From the NCBI GenBank assembly GCA_040753215.1, contig JBFMEZ010000001.1, forward strand, positions 1-54,520: a DNA stretch of 54,520 nt, given 5' to 3'. The stretch comes from Candidatus Micrarchaeota archaeon (GTDB lineage Archaea > Micrarchaeota > Micrarchaeia > Anstonellales > Bilamarchaeaceae). The notes beneath the pieces were generated by a model that was not told the DNA's origin, ran no database searches, and saw only the letters and a list, made by a program, of their open reading frames with translations. The position numbers and the translations under genes are program-made. This document shows, in pieces, positions 38,735-47,363 of the stretch (its first letter is position 1; each line of letters starts with the position of its first letter).

Positions 38735-40324
38735 ATGCGCATCGGGAAGCTTGAAATCGCGGTTTTCATCTGCGGAGCCGCTGTGATGGCCGTGGAGCTT
38801 TTCGGCAGCAGGCTCCTCGCGCCATATATGGGTAACAGCATCTACACGTGGACGAGCCTCATAGGGGTTGTGCTGGGGGCGCTTTCCCTCGGGTACTGGG
38901 CAGGAGGGAAACTGGCGGACCGGATGGCGGAATCCGCAGAATTCTGCCATGGTGAAGTTCCGCAGAACTTCGCCAGTTATTGCGAAGCAATATGGAGTCA
39001 TCGCGAAGCGATGCGGATTGCGGAAACCGGGAACCCACACCGTGAAGCCATGGGAAAGCAGGGAAACGATTGGGCGGCTTCACGGTGTGACCGGAAACGG
39101 GAAACCGAAGTGCTGGGGGCGATAATACTCGGCGCCGCGGTATCAACAGCCGCGATAGTGCCGCTGAGCGTGGTTGCGCAGGCTTCGTTCCAGATTCTCG
39201 GCGCGAAATACGGGCCGCTGTTCGCTTCCATGGCCATATTCTCTGTGCCAAGCTTCCTGTTCGGGATGGTTTCCCCTTATGCGATAAGGATAAGGGCGGA
39301 GCGGATGGGGGCCGTGGGCTCCACTGCGGGGAATATGTATGCGATTTCCACAGCGGGGAGCATATCCGGGACGATGCTCGCGGGGTTCGTGCTCATACCG
39401 GCGTTCGGGGTGAAGCTGCTCGTGCTCTGGACCGCGGCCGCAACGCTCGGGGCGGCGCTCCTGTGCTTTCCCGGGCTGAAGAGGGCTGCCGCGGTTTCTC
39501 TTCTGCTCATACTTGGCGCGTCCATGTTCCCCGCATACCCGGAGATAGGCGGGACGGTCTATGCGAAGGACAGCGAGTACTACCTCATCAGGGTTGTGGA
39601 CAGGGGGGAGGACAGGCTTCTCCTGCTGGACATGTACCTGAACAGCGGGGAGAAGGCGGATAGCGGGGAGCCGCTGTTCGATTACACATATTGCTCCCTT
39701 GTTGCGCTCAGGGCGGTTCCGGAGCCGGGGAACGTGCTCTTCCTCGGGCTGGGAGGGGGAACTATGCCAAGGTATTTCCTCAGGAACACGGATGCGGGCG
39801 TGGATGTGATAGAGATAGACCCTGCGGTTGTGCGGGCGGCGGAGGAGTACTTTGGGCTGCAGGAATCGGAAAGGATGAACGTAATTGCGGGGGATGCGAG
39901 GGAAGAGCTGAAGGGGCTGGGGAAGTATGATATAATCTACATAGATGCGTTCAATTCCTACGCAGTGCCTTACCACCTCACTACGCTGGAGGCGGCGCAG
40001 GAAATAAAGGGGCATCTCGGGGAGGGAGGGGCGGTGGTGATGAATGTCATATCCACGCCGGAAGGGGTTGGCTCCGGATTCTTCAGGGCGGAGTACGAAA
40101 CATACTCATCGGTTTTCAGGGATGTTTATGCGTTTCCGGTGAGGGGGAGGGGTGCGGGCGTGCAGAACATAATACTCCTCGCGTCGGACAGGGAGCTGCC
40201 CCTGGAAATTTTTGAAGGGGTAGAATGCGCGGCTGACTATATGGAGCCGGAGGAAGGGGTTCTGCTCACGGACGATTTCGCGCCGGTGGAGAACCTGATG
40301 GCAGAAGTGTATGCGCAAAGGTAG
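38735..40324 (+). CDS. Fused MFS-like / spermidine-synthase-like protein with an in-frame ~60-aa repeat-derived insertion
   Basis: RLLAPYMGNS, GGKLADR, LGLGGG, IEIDP, DAF, LTDDFAPVE. Confidence 0.9.
   Translation: MRIGKLEIAVFICGAAVMAVELFGSRLLAPYMGNSIYTWTSLIGVVLGALSLGYWAGGKLADRMAESAEFCHGEVPQNFASYCEAIWSHREAMRIAETGNPHREAMGKQGNDWAASRCDRKRETEVLGAIILGAAVSTAAIVPLSVVAQASFQILGAKYGPLFASMAIFSVPSFLFGMVSPYAIRIRAERMGAVGSTAGNMYAISTAGSISGTMLAGFVLIPAFGVKLLVLWTAAATLGAALLCFPGLKRAAAVSLLLILGASMFPAYPEIGGTVYAKDSEYYLIRVVDRGEDRLLLLDMYLNSGEKADSGEPLFDYTYCSLVALRAVPEPGNVLFLGLGGGTMPRYFLRNTDAGVDVIEIDPAVVRAAEEYFGLQESERMNVIAGDAREELKGLGKYDIIYIDAFNSYAVPYHLTTLEAAQEIKGHLGEGGAVVMNVISTPEGVGSGFFRAEYETYSSVFRDVYAFPVRGRGAGVQNIILLASDRELPLEIFEGVECAADYMEPEEGVLLTDDFAPVENLMAEVYAQR
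38924..39106. repeat. Compound insertion: four mini-hairpins plus palindromic element copy 2 in heptamers
   Basis: Hairpins at 38924-38950, 38951-38974, 38978-38992 and 38999-39013; IR CACACCGTGAAGCC 39036-39049 / 39076-39089. Confidence 0.88.
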
Positions 40325-40360
40325 GGAAAGGTTATTTAGCTTCTGTGCAGGAATAATGCC

Positions 40361-40993
40361 GTGAAAGGATACGTTTCTTTTCTCGTGGTGCTTGCCGCCC
40401 TCTCACTATTCGCTGCGCTTGGGGCGCTTCTTTCTTCCACGCATTCCTATTCCAATGAAAAGGCAATCGGGATTGCGAGGATGGAATACCTGGAGAGGAA
40501 CGTGAAGGAGAACGTCTACGAATCGGTTTCCTATGGGCTGAGGGAGGCGGGAGCTGCCTACGACCTGGCCACTCCCCCGGAACTGAGGACTCCGCAGGGC
40601 AGGGAGGCGGCCCTGCGGGAAGGGGCATTTCTCTATCTCTCCAAGCTTGGGAATCATGCATGGGACGGGGATTTCGAAGTGATTGTGTGGTGCGGGTACG
40701 CCTCCGGAAGGGAGCTGGACGGGCTGCCGCGGGAGATGCGGGAGGAGGGGAGGGCGAAGGGATGTGAGTTGTGCACGGAGATAAGCAATCCGGCCTGCGC
40801 TTCTTTCATACAGGTCGTGCAGGGAGTGCCGGTAGCAGGAAACCCGGAACCGGGAACTGGGGACAGTGCGTTCCTGAAAGGCCCAGAGCCGCCGAATCCG
40901 CTTGTGGAAGGGGTAGCCGGGGTTTCGGTTTATTCCGAGAAATATGATATTGCAGGGGCAGGGGTATTCCCGGTAGGCGAGGGGATAAGGTGA
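40361..40993 (+). CDS. Type IV pilin-like (class III signal peptide) protein
   Basis: MKG|YVSF followed by a hydrophobic helix; first of three coupled genes. Confidence 0.6.
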   Translation: MKGYVSFLVVLAALSLFAALGALLSSTHSYSNEKAIGIARMEYLERNVKENVYESVSYGLREAGAAYDLATPPELRTPQGREAALREGAFLYLSKLGNHAWDGDFEVIVWCGYASGRELDGLPREMREEGRAKGCELCTEISNPACASFIQVVQGVPVAGNPEPGTGDSAFLKGPEPPNPLVEGVAGVSVYSEKYDIAGAGVFPVGEGIR

Positions 40994-41382
40994 TGGCTGG
41001 AAACGGGAAACTGGGGACTCGAACCGTGAAGCCGCCCAATCGTTTCCCTGCTTTCCCATGGCTTCACGGTTTGACTGGAAACAGGAAGGCCCAGGCAACC
41101 GCAGAGTTTTTGCTTGCGTTTGCAGTATTCCTCGCATTCATTTCCATTATAATTGCAGGAATCACGGGGCTGGAAAAGAGCGAGAGGGGGCTTGCGTTGA
41201 GCGTTTCGGAAAGGATGGAGGCTGAGGAAACCGCTTCCGCGCTTGGAGCCGGGTGCTGGGCGGGGAGGGTGAGCGCGGAAATCCCCCTGCACATGGTCGC
41301 AGGGGACGGGAAGGTTGTCGTGGGGAATTCGTCGGGACGGATTATTTCCGAATGCGGTGGGATAAATGGCGAGCCGATTTAG
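40990..41382 (+). CDS. Type IV pilin-like protein with palindromic element in its leader
   Basis: RKA|QATAEFLL prepilin-peptidase site with Glu at +5. Confidence 0.7.
   Translation: MMAGNGKLGTRTVKPPNRFPAFPWLHGLTGNRKAQATAEFLLAFAVFLAFISIIIAGITGLEKSERGLALSVSERMEAEETASALGAGCWAGRVSAEIPLHMVAGDGKVVVGNSSGRIISECGGINGEPI
40998..41082. repeat. Palindromic element copy 3 in a heptamer array
   Basis: IR TCGAACCGTGAAGCC 41019-41033 / GGCTTCACGGTTTGA 41060-41074; loop is the exact reverse complement of the copy-2 loop. Confidence 0.9.
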
Positions 41383-41767
41383 GGCGGTCGCTACATTCGA
41401 CCTGCTGTTCTGCGCAATCCCAATAATGCTGGTGCTGAATAACATCCTCATATTCTCCGCGCTGGCCGGGGAGAGGGCGGAGGGCGATGTGGGGATGCTC
41501 ACAAAGGAAGGGAGATTGCTTGCGGTTTCTGATTATGTAGTGAATTATGCGGCTGCGGAGAAGGAGGGGGAGTTCGGGTTTGGGGTCAGGTACAGGCCGA
41601 ACCTGATTGATGCGGGAGAACTGGAAACCGGGAACTGGGAACAGCTCGGTGAGCAGATGGGGCTGGAGAATTTGAATATCGGATGGGGAGCAGAAGGGGA
41701 GAACTGCATATACAGATTAGTGGTTTACGAAGAAGAAATCAGAAAATTGTACTTCTGTTCGGGTTAG
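41366..41767 (+). CDS. Pilin-like protein
   Basis: FRA|VATFD plus hydrophobic helix; overlaps the upstream gene. Confidence 0.6.
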   Translation: MASRFRAVATFDLLFCAIPIMLVLNNILIFSALAGERAEGDVGMLTKEGRLLAVSDYVVNYAAAEKEGEFGFGVRYRPNLIDAGELETGNWEQLGEQMGLENLNIGWGAEGENCIYRLVVYEEEIRKLYFCSG

Positions 41768-41798
41768 AAAACAGGCCGGGAACTGGAAACAGGGAACC

Positions 41799-42989
41799 CT
41801 AAATTGTTTTGCCCCAGCCCGCGAGCCGCCATCTCTGGCCCACACGCCTGCTCAGGGCGACCGTGGAGCCGGGGGCTGCGCACACCGGCTTCTTGAGCTT
41901 GACCAGGGCGACGCCCTTCTTCAGGGCTGCGATTACCCCTATGCCCGTTGCGGTATTTACGTTTATCACTATTGGCTCTCCGACCTTTATCGGCGGGTTT
42001 TCAAAGCCCGCCCGCTCGATGAGGTGGTGCTCGAAGCTTATTTCTTCCTTTGTTTCTGGCATTGCGCCCGGCCTTCCGACAACGCAGCCGACCATCGAAT
42101 CCGCCTTCGTTATGTCGGGGTCCAGCGAAGTTCCGACGGCAATCAGGCCTCCGGGGGCTGCTGATTCGAGTGGGCCGCCCTCACTCATGAGGGACTCCAC
42201 CCTGCACTCCAGCTCCTTGGCGCCCTTTTTCGGCGTTTCTGCCCCGGGGCGGATGAGTATGTTCTCCCCCTTCTTTATGGTTCCCTGGACAAGGGAGCCT
42301 CCGAGGACCCCGCCCCTAAGCGAGCTTATCACGGCCCCGGGCTTGTTGATATCGAAGGAACGCGAAACGAGCATGAGCGGCGGGAGTGAAGGGTCCCTTT
42401 TGGGGGTGGGGATTGCGCGCTCAATCGCGTCCACCACCGCGTCCACGTTTATGCCGTAGTTTGCGACCACGGGCACTATGGGCGCGCTCTCCGCAACCGA
42501 GCCCTTCAGGAATTCCCTTATGGAAGCGTAATGGGCCTTCGCCTGCTCCTTGGAAACGAGGTCTATCTTCGTCTGGACCGCGACGACATTCTTTATCCCG
42601 GCGATGTTGAGTATCGTTAGGTGCTCTGCTGTCTGGGGCTGCGGGCATGGCTCGTTCGCCGCGATGAGGAGCAGCGCGCCATCCATGATGCTGGAGGCGG
42701 ACAGCACGGTCGTCATCAGGGTTTCGTGCCCGGGCGCATCGAGAAAGGACACGCGCCTCTTGAAAGAGGCGCCGCCGCCGCACTTCGGGCAGGTTTCCCT
42801 GAGGGAATGGAAGTCGCATCCGGGGCAGTAGTATATGTTGGCATCAGCATAGCCGAGGCGGATGGAAATCCCGCGCTTTATCTCTTCGCTGTGGGTGTCG
42901 GTCCATTTTCCGGTCAGCGCCTTGGTGAGGCTGGTCTTCCCGTGGTCCACGTGGCCGAGCAGGCCGATGTTGACGACCGCTTGCGACAA
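41799..42989 (-). CDS. eif2g: Translation initiation factor aIF2 gamma subunit
   Basis: GHVDHGKT, HSEEIKRGISIRLGYA, zinc knuckle, DAPGHE, QPQTAEH. Confidence 0.97.
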   Translation of the reverse strand: MSQAVVNIGLLGHVDHGKTSLTKALTGKWTDTHSEEIKRGISIRLGYADANIYYCPGCDFHSLRETCPKCGGGASFKRRVSFLDAPGHETLMTTVLSASSIMDGALLLIAANEPCPQPQTAEHLTILNIAGIKNVVAVQTKIDLVSKEQAKAHYASIREFLKGSVAESAPIVPVVANYGINVDAVVDAIERAIPTPKRDPSLPPLMLVSRSFDINKPGAVISSLRGGVLGGSLVQGTIKKGENILIRPGAETPKKGAKELECRVESLMSEGGPLESAAPGGLIAVGTSLDPDITKADSMVGCVVGRPGAMPETKEEISFEHHLIERAGFENPPIKVGEPIVINVNTATGIGVIAALKKGVALVKLKKPVCAAPGSTVALSRRVGQRWRLAGWGKTI

Positions 42990-42993
42990 ATCA

Positions 42994-43383
42994 TCACTTC
43001 TTCTCTTTCTCCGGGAGCTTCACCAGCTCGTCCGGCGCCTGCTTGCCGTATTCCGCAATCACCGCATTCACCTGCACGCTGTCAGCGGTGAATGTGTTGC
43101 CGCGCACCATTTTCTTTCTTCTCTCCCCCCTGCGGGAAGGGTGGAAGCCGGCGCCCCCGGACAGGAGCGGCTTCGCCTTCCTTGAGCCGGAGACATCCCT
43201 CCTCATCGGGATTCCGCTGGTGTCGCTCCCCCCGGTGAGCCGGAGCGTGTAGCCGAAAAGGCCGAAATCGTCCCCAGCGACTGCATCCCCTATCCTTTTG
43301 CCGAGGAAGAGGCCCTTCTTGTCCTCCGCCACTTCGATGGGGTAGGACTTGCCAGTTTTCTTGTCTGAGACTACCAGTTTCAA
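42994..43383 (-). CDS. rps6e: 30S ribosomal protein S6e
   Basis: LTGGSDTSGIPMRRD, GERRKKMVRGN. Confidence 0.96.
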   Translation of the reverse strand: MKLVVSDKKTGKSYPIEVAEDKKGLFLGKRIGDAVAGDDFGLFGYTLRLTGGSDTSGIPMRRDVSGSRKAKPLLSGGAGFHPSRRGERRKKMVRGNTFTADSVQVNAVIAEYGKQAPDELVKLPEKEKK

Positions 43384-43444
43384 TCAATCACCTTAGGAGG
43401 AATATAGAATAAGGAGGAAAAAATAAAAATGAGTGGTATTGGGC

Positions 43445-43660
43445 TCAGGCGTTCTTCATCTTTGCCTGGTACACGTACCCGTCGTCGCCGACATAGTAGA
43501 GGTAGCCCCTCTTCTTGTCGACCCTCTGGGTCCCGACCTTCTTCTTGCTGCCCCTCTTGTTGTGCTTCATCGGCACCCTCCAGACATAGCCGTCCTTGCC
43601 GACGAAGTAGAGGTAGCCCTCTTCCCTCATTATTTTCTCAGATCCGATTCTTGTTCCCAT
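43445..43660 (-). CDS. Small basic protein with internal duplication (71 aa)
   Basis: GYLYFVGKDGYVW / GYLYYVGDDGYVY; SD GGTGA before ATG 43660. Confidence 0.8.
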   Translation of the reverse strand: MGTRIGSEKIMREEGYLYFVGKDGYVWRVPMKHNKRGSKKKVGTQRVDKKRGYLYYVGDDGYVYQAKMKNA

Positions 43661-43778
43661 ATTCTTCACCCCAAAATTTATACTGCGCATATTCGGAAGA
43701 CAAGGAATATAAAGGTATCGTCGAAACCGACGTGGGGCTTTTCCTACGCGTTCGAACACGGGCACGCACGACGGCTAA

Positions 43779-45113
43779 TCAGAAAAATTCGCTGAGCTTG
43801 GAGGGGCGGGCGGGAAGAATCCTCTTCGCTGGCTCGGGTTTCTTTTCCTTATTCTTCGGGGCTTCCTCTCTCTTCTCCTCCTTTTTCTCTTCGTGCTTTT
43901 TCTCAACTTTTGCCTCCTCCGTCTCCTTCTTGGGTTTTCTAACGCCCACTCCCGCGGGAAGGGATTTCCCCAGGAATTCCGCCTCCTTCTCATCCAGGTC
44001 GTAGACCCCCGCGATGCGCTCCGGTTCCTGCGCATACATATACGCTATTATGGGGAGGAAGGACTCCGCGTGCACGGAAGGGGTGTGCGCCTTCCTCCCT
44101 ATTTTGGAGAGCAGGGATCTGAGCGTGGCGCGGTGCGCGACCGTTGCGCCCATGTGGCGCAGGAAGGAGGGGAAGGAGTAGCGGGCGAAGCGGGGCCTCA
44201 TCTCCACGCGCGCAAGCGAAACCCCCGCGCACATCAGGTCGCTCGAGTAGCGGAGGAAGCCCCAGTGCTGGCGGGCGCGTATCCTCCCGTCGAATACGTC
44301 CGCGCGGGATAGCGTGGAGAAGGCGTCCGAGAGCTCCCTGTCCGAGTAGACCGCCGGGAGGTTCTCATCTATCCAGAGCTTAAGGTAATCGTGCTCCACG
44401 TCCCCGAAAGAGGTCTCGCGCGCCTCAGCATAGGAGGATGCCCTGAAAAGGTGGGAGAGCCGCTCGAACATGTCCTTTTCCCGGTCCCGCATGCCCGGCG
44501 AGCAGGCCTGCAGGTCGTTTATTGCCGCGCGGATGTCCCCGTTGGAATTCTGGGCGATTTCCATTATTTTCTCAGGCGTACAGGGTAATTTTTCGCCCTC
44601 TGCGATGCGCGAAAGGAGCTTCGCCACGCTTGGCGCGATGGAGCGCCTCATCTTCAGCATTTCGCAGAGGAAGCGCAGGGGGGAGATTTTCTTTTCGTAC
44701 GCGTCCGTGGCAGTGAGGATGATGGGGCAGGGGTTCCCGCGGAGGATTGATGCGATTGCCGCAACTCCGCCGTAGTCCTCCCTCCCTGCCATCGCGTCTA
44801 TATCATCCACCAGGATGAGTTTGCCTTTTCCGGAGAGGGTGGAGGCCATCGCGGCGCCGCTGATTACTTTTTCCACGCGCTCCTTGTTTCGGAAGTCGCT
44901 CGCGGACATCTGCACCAGCTCGAGATGCAGCTCGTTTGCGAGGGCGAGGGCGAGGGCGGTTTTTCCAACGCCGGTGGGGCCGGCGAGGAGGATGGGCTTC
45001 CCTTTCTCGCCTCGGCCCCAGTTCAGGGCCCAGCGCTTCAGCTGGCGCCTGGGCTCCAGGTTGCCGAGAACATCATCGGTTTTCTGTGGTGCATATTTTT
45101 CGGTTAGAAGCAT
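43779..45113 (-). CDS. rfcL: Replication factor C large subunit
   Basis: TEKYAP, GPTGVGKT, SASDFR, GDIRAAINDLQ, WIDEN, C-terminal PIP-box-like SKLSEFF. Confidence 0.95.
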   Translation of the reverse strand: MLLTEKYAPQKTDDVLGNLEPRRQLKRWALNWGRGEKGKPILLAGPTGVGKTALALALANELHLELVQMSASDFRNKERVEKVISGAAMASTLSGKGKLILVDDIDAMAGREDYGGVAAIASILRGNPCPIILTATDAYEKKISPLRFLCEMLKMRRSIAPSVAKLLSRIAEGEKLPCTPEKIMEIAQNSNGDIRAAINDLQACSPGMRDREKDMFERLSHLFRASSYAEARETSFGDVEHDYLKLWIDENLPAVYSDRELSDAFSTLSRADVFDGRIRARQHWGFLRYSSDLMCAGVSLARVEMRPRFARYSFPSFLRHMGATVAHRATLRSLLSKIGRKAHTPSVHAESFLPIIAYMYAQEPERIAGVYDLDEKEAEFLGKSLPAGVGVRKPKKETEEAKVEKKHEEKKEEKREEAPKNKEKKPEPAKRILPARPSKLSEFF

Positions 45114-45156
45114 CGGTGAGGTTATGCAGGAAGAAATTAAATAACATGCCGGACAA

Positions 45157-45546
45157 ATGGATTTGATGATAAAAACCCTTGAAGCCACAATCTCGCTTGT
45201 CGTGCTTCTCTCCTTCTTATCCTTCGGGCTTCTGCATTATCCGGTGCAGCATTCGAGGTTATACGAATACGAATTGGCGGAGGACGCATGGAGGGTTCTG
45301 TATCTTAAGGGTGGGTTCGACGTCTGGGAACTGGAAACAGGAAACCGGAAACTGAACGAGGACGCGGAAGAGATTACAGAGCTAACAGGGCTGTGCGTCG
45401 CGATGGACGGGCTGCAGGTTGCCTCCTGTCTCCCTGGTGAGGGGGCGATTGTGCTGCACAAGACGGTTTCCAGCGGCGGGGAGCCCATACAGGTTCTGTT
45501 CAGGATGGGACCTAAGACAAGCGAAGGAATTCCTTCCGCTGGATAA
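45157..45546 (+). CDS. Pilin-like single-TM protein
   Basis: IKTLEATISLVVLL N-terminus resembles archaeal minor pilins; contains a heptamer insertion. Confidence 0.55.
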   Translation: MDLMIKTLEATISLVVLLSFLSFGLLHYPVQHSRLYEYELAEDAWRVLYLKGGFDVWELETGNRKLNEDAEEITELTGLCVAMDGLQVASCLPGEGAIVLHKTVSSGGEPIQVLFRMGPKTSEGIPSAG

Positions 45547-45547
45547 C

Positions 45548-45763
45548 TCACAGCATTTTTACAAGCTCTTCTTTTGATATTTCCAGAACCCTGAGAATTT
45601 GAAGAAGTGTGCCCTTCTTCAGGCTTTTGTGCTGCGGGATTACCAGAAGCTTTTCACCTTTCTTGAGGATGAGGTGGCTTCCCTTCTGCCTCCGGATTTC
45701 GAAACCGGGACTTACCGCAACTTTTGCAAGCTCGGAGCCGCTGACGTCAGCAGGCAGTTTCAT
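45548..45763 (-). CDS. hicA: HicA-family mRNA interferase toxin
   Basis: RQKGSH, IPQH, LKKGTL. Confidence 0.92.
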   Translation of the reverse strand: MKLPADVSGSELAKVAVSPGFEIRRQKGSHLILKKGEKLLVIPQHKSLKKGTLLQILRVLEISKEELVKML

Positions 45764-45767
45764 CTGC

Positions 45768-45992
45768 TCACGCGCTTGCGGCTGGCTCTATTATCTTGAC
45801 GCGCTGGAAAATCTTTTCCATATGGGAGGCACGAAGTTCTTCCAGATAGAGAGCTATGGCTTCCCTGATGTTTTTGAGGGTTTCCTTCTCGGTATCCCCC
45901 TGTGAGATGCAGCCCGGAAGCTCGGGGACGTAGGCGGTATAGCCGCCTTCCTCCTGCTTCTCAAGGACGATGTGAAAATTCCTGATGTCCAT
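45768..45992 (-). CDS. hicB: Short HicB-family antitoxin
   Basis: GGYTAYVPELPGCISQGDT; SD GGTGA supports a start at 45992 (track 46004). Confidence 0.92.
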   Translation of the reverse strand: MDIRNFHIVLEKQEEGGYTAYVPELPGCISQGDTEKETLKNIREAIALYLEELRASHMEKIFQRVKIIEPAASA

Positions 45993-46096
45993 TGCCTTCA
46001 CCAAATTGTTATGGCCAGAGGCGGCATATAATATTATCGCCGGATGCCGTTTGCAGACTGAAAACCTTAATAAGGATGCGAGAACATAACGCCTGC

Positions 46097-46582
46097 ATGG
46101 CAGTGGATTTTGACAAATTTACAGGGAAAGTGATGGATGCGGTGAGGGGGAAGCTGAGCGCTACGGATGCAGGGATACTCACGAGGCTTTTCAGCAGGAC
46201 GAGGAAGAGGAACGTGGTGCTGGCTGCAGGGCTGCTTTCTGCGCTGAAGGTTGGCGGGGCGAGCAGGAGGGATATAGCTGAGCTGGCGGCAATCCTGGAG
46301 AAGGCGAACGGGAGGATACTGGAGGGGAAGGAGCCCTTCACGAAAGCAGATGAGCAGGCACTGGGGAGGATATTCGAAAGCGCAAACGTTCCGCGGGGGG
46401 CTGAGGAGAGGCTGAAGCATAATGTGAAGATGGACCAGGATGAGCTGCTTGCGAGCGAGATAGTGAATTCCCTCACCGCGACCACTGCGGAGAGATTAAA
46501 AGGATTCGTGCCTGCGAAAAAGATACCGAGCGTGAGGTTTGAGGAGGAGAGGGAAAAGGAAAGGAAACGGGTGAAGGGTTAG
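46097..46582 (+). CDS. Hypothetical helical protein
   Basis: Track ORF 45992..46582; TTAATAA box at ~46067 favours ATG 46097. Confidence 0.65.
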   Translation: MAVDFDKFTGKVMDAVRGKLSATDAGILTRLFSRTRKRNVVLAAGLLSALKVGGASRRDIAELAAILEKANGRILEGKEPFTKADEQALGRIFESANVPRGAEERLKHNVKMDQDELLASEIVNSLTATTAERLKGFVPAKKIPSVRFEEEREKERKRVKG

Positions 46583-46685
46583 GGATGAAAATGTTTGCTG
46601 GAGGTTTTTGGGCTCCTTTTTGCTGGCTGGAAAACAGAGCGGAACCGAGGCCATGCCGAGGTGCAGCGAGAAAAAAGGAGAGAGG

Positions 46686-47180
46686 ATGAAGGTCAAGCTT
46701 ACCCCTGAACTTTCCTACATAATAGGGCTGTGGAAGGAGGCGAGGACTTCTGCCGGGATTGGAGTGGGCGGGAGGGAGGAGCTGCTCTCTGTTTTTTCGG
46801 ATGCATGCCTGAAGGCGAAGGTCGCGGAGGCGGGAAAGATATTGAGCGGGGAGAATTCAGTGTATTTCTATCATACTGCTTACAGGAAATTTTTCCAGAA
46901 AGTGGTGGAGGAGGAGGCGGAGAGGTTCAAGTACAAGAATGAGTACAGCGCGAATTTCCTTGCTGGATTGTTTGATGCGGTGGGGGAGATCGGGAAGGAC
47001 GGGACTGTTTGCTTTTCCAGATGCACCAGGACTGATGAGATGGTGCTGTACAGGCTGGGGTTCAACACTGTAAGGAAGGCGGGGAAAATTTATGTGGTGA
47101 GGCCCCTGAAGTTTCTGGCTTACATAAAGCCGTTCACAAAATTGTTTGTAGAAAATGAAGTGATGAAGAAGGTCTTGTAG
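46686..47180 (+). CDS. Stand-alone degenerate LAGLIDADG-like protein
   Basis: LTPELSYIIGLW and NFLAGLFDAVG motifs; SD before ATG 46686. Confidence 0.7.
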   Translation: MKVKLTPELSYIIGLWKEARTSAGIGVGGREELLSVFSDACLKAKVAEAGKILSGENSVYFYHTAYRKFFQKVVEEEAERFKYKNEYSANFLAGLFDAVGEIGKDGTVCFSRCTRTDEMVLYRLGFNTVRKAGKIYVVRPLKFLAYIKPFTKLFVENEVMKKVL

Positions 47181-47321
47181 ATGGCAAAAACGCGCAAAGA
47201 GATTATGGATGAGCTTGCAGTTGCGAAGATGCAGAAGATAACGGAGGAGATACTGAGTGGAAAAAGAAAGGTCTTCACCCTGGCGGATATCAAGAAGAAA
47301 TATCCCGACGTCTTTGAATGA
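47181..47321 (+). CDS. 46-aa antitoxin-like small protein (not in ORF track)
   Basis: MAKTRKEIMDELAVAKMQKITEEILSGKRKVFTLADIKKKYPDVFE starts directly after the upstream stop. Confidence 0.5.
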   Translation: MAKTRKEIMDELAVAKMQKITEEILSGKRKVFTLADIKKKYPDVFE

Positions 47322-47363
47322 GTCAAGATTAAAGGCCTGGCTTTCTTTCAGCCATGGCGACAA

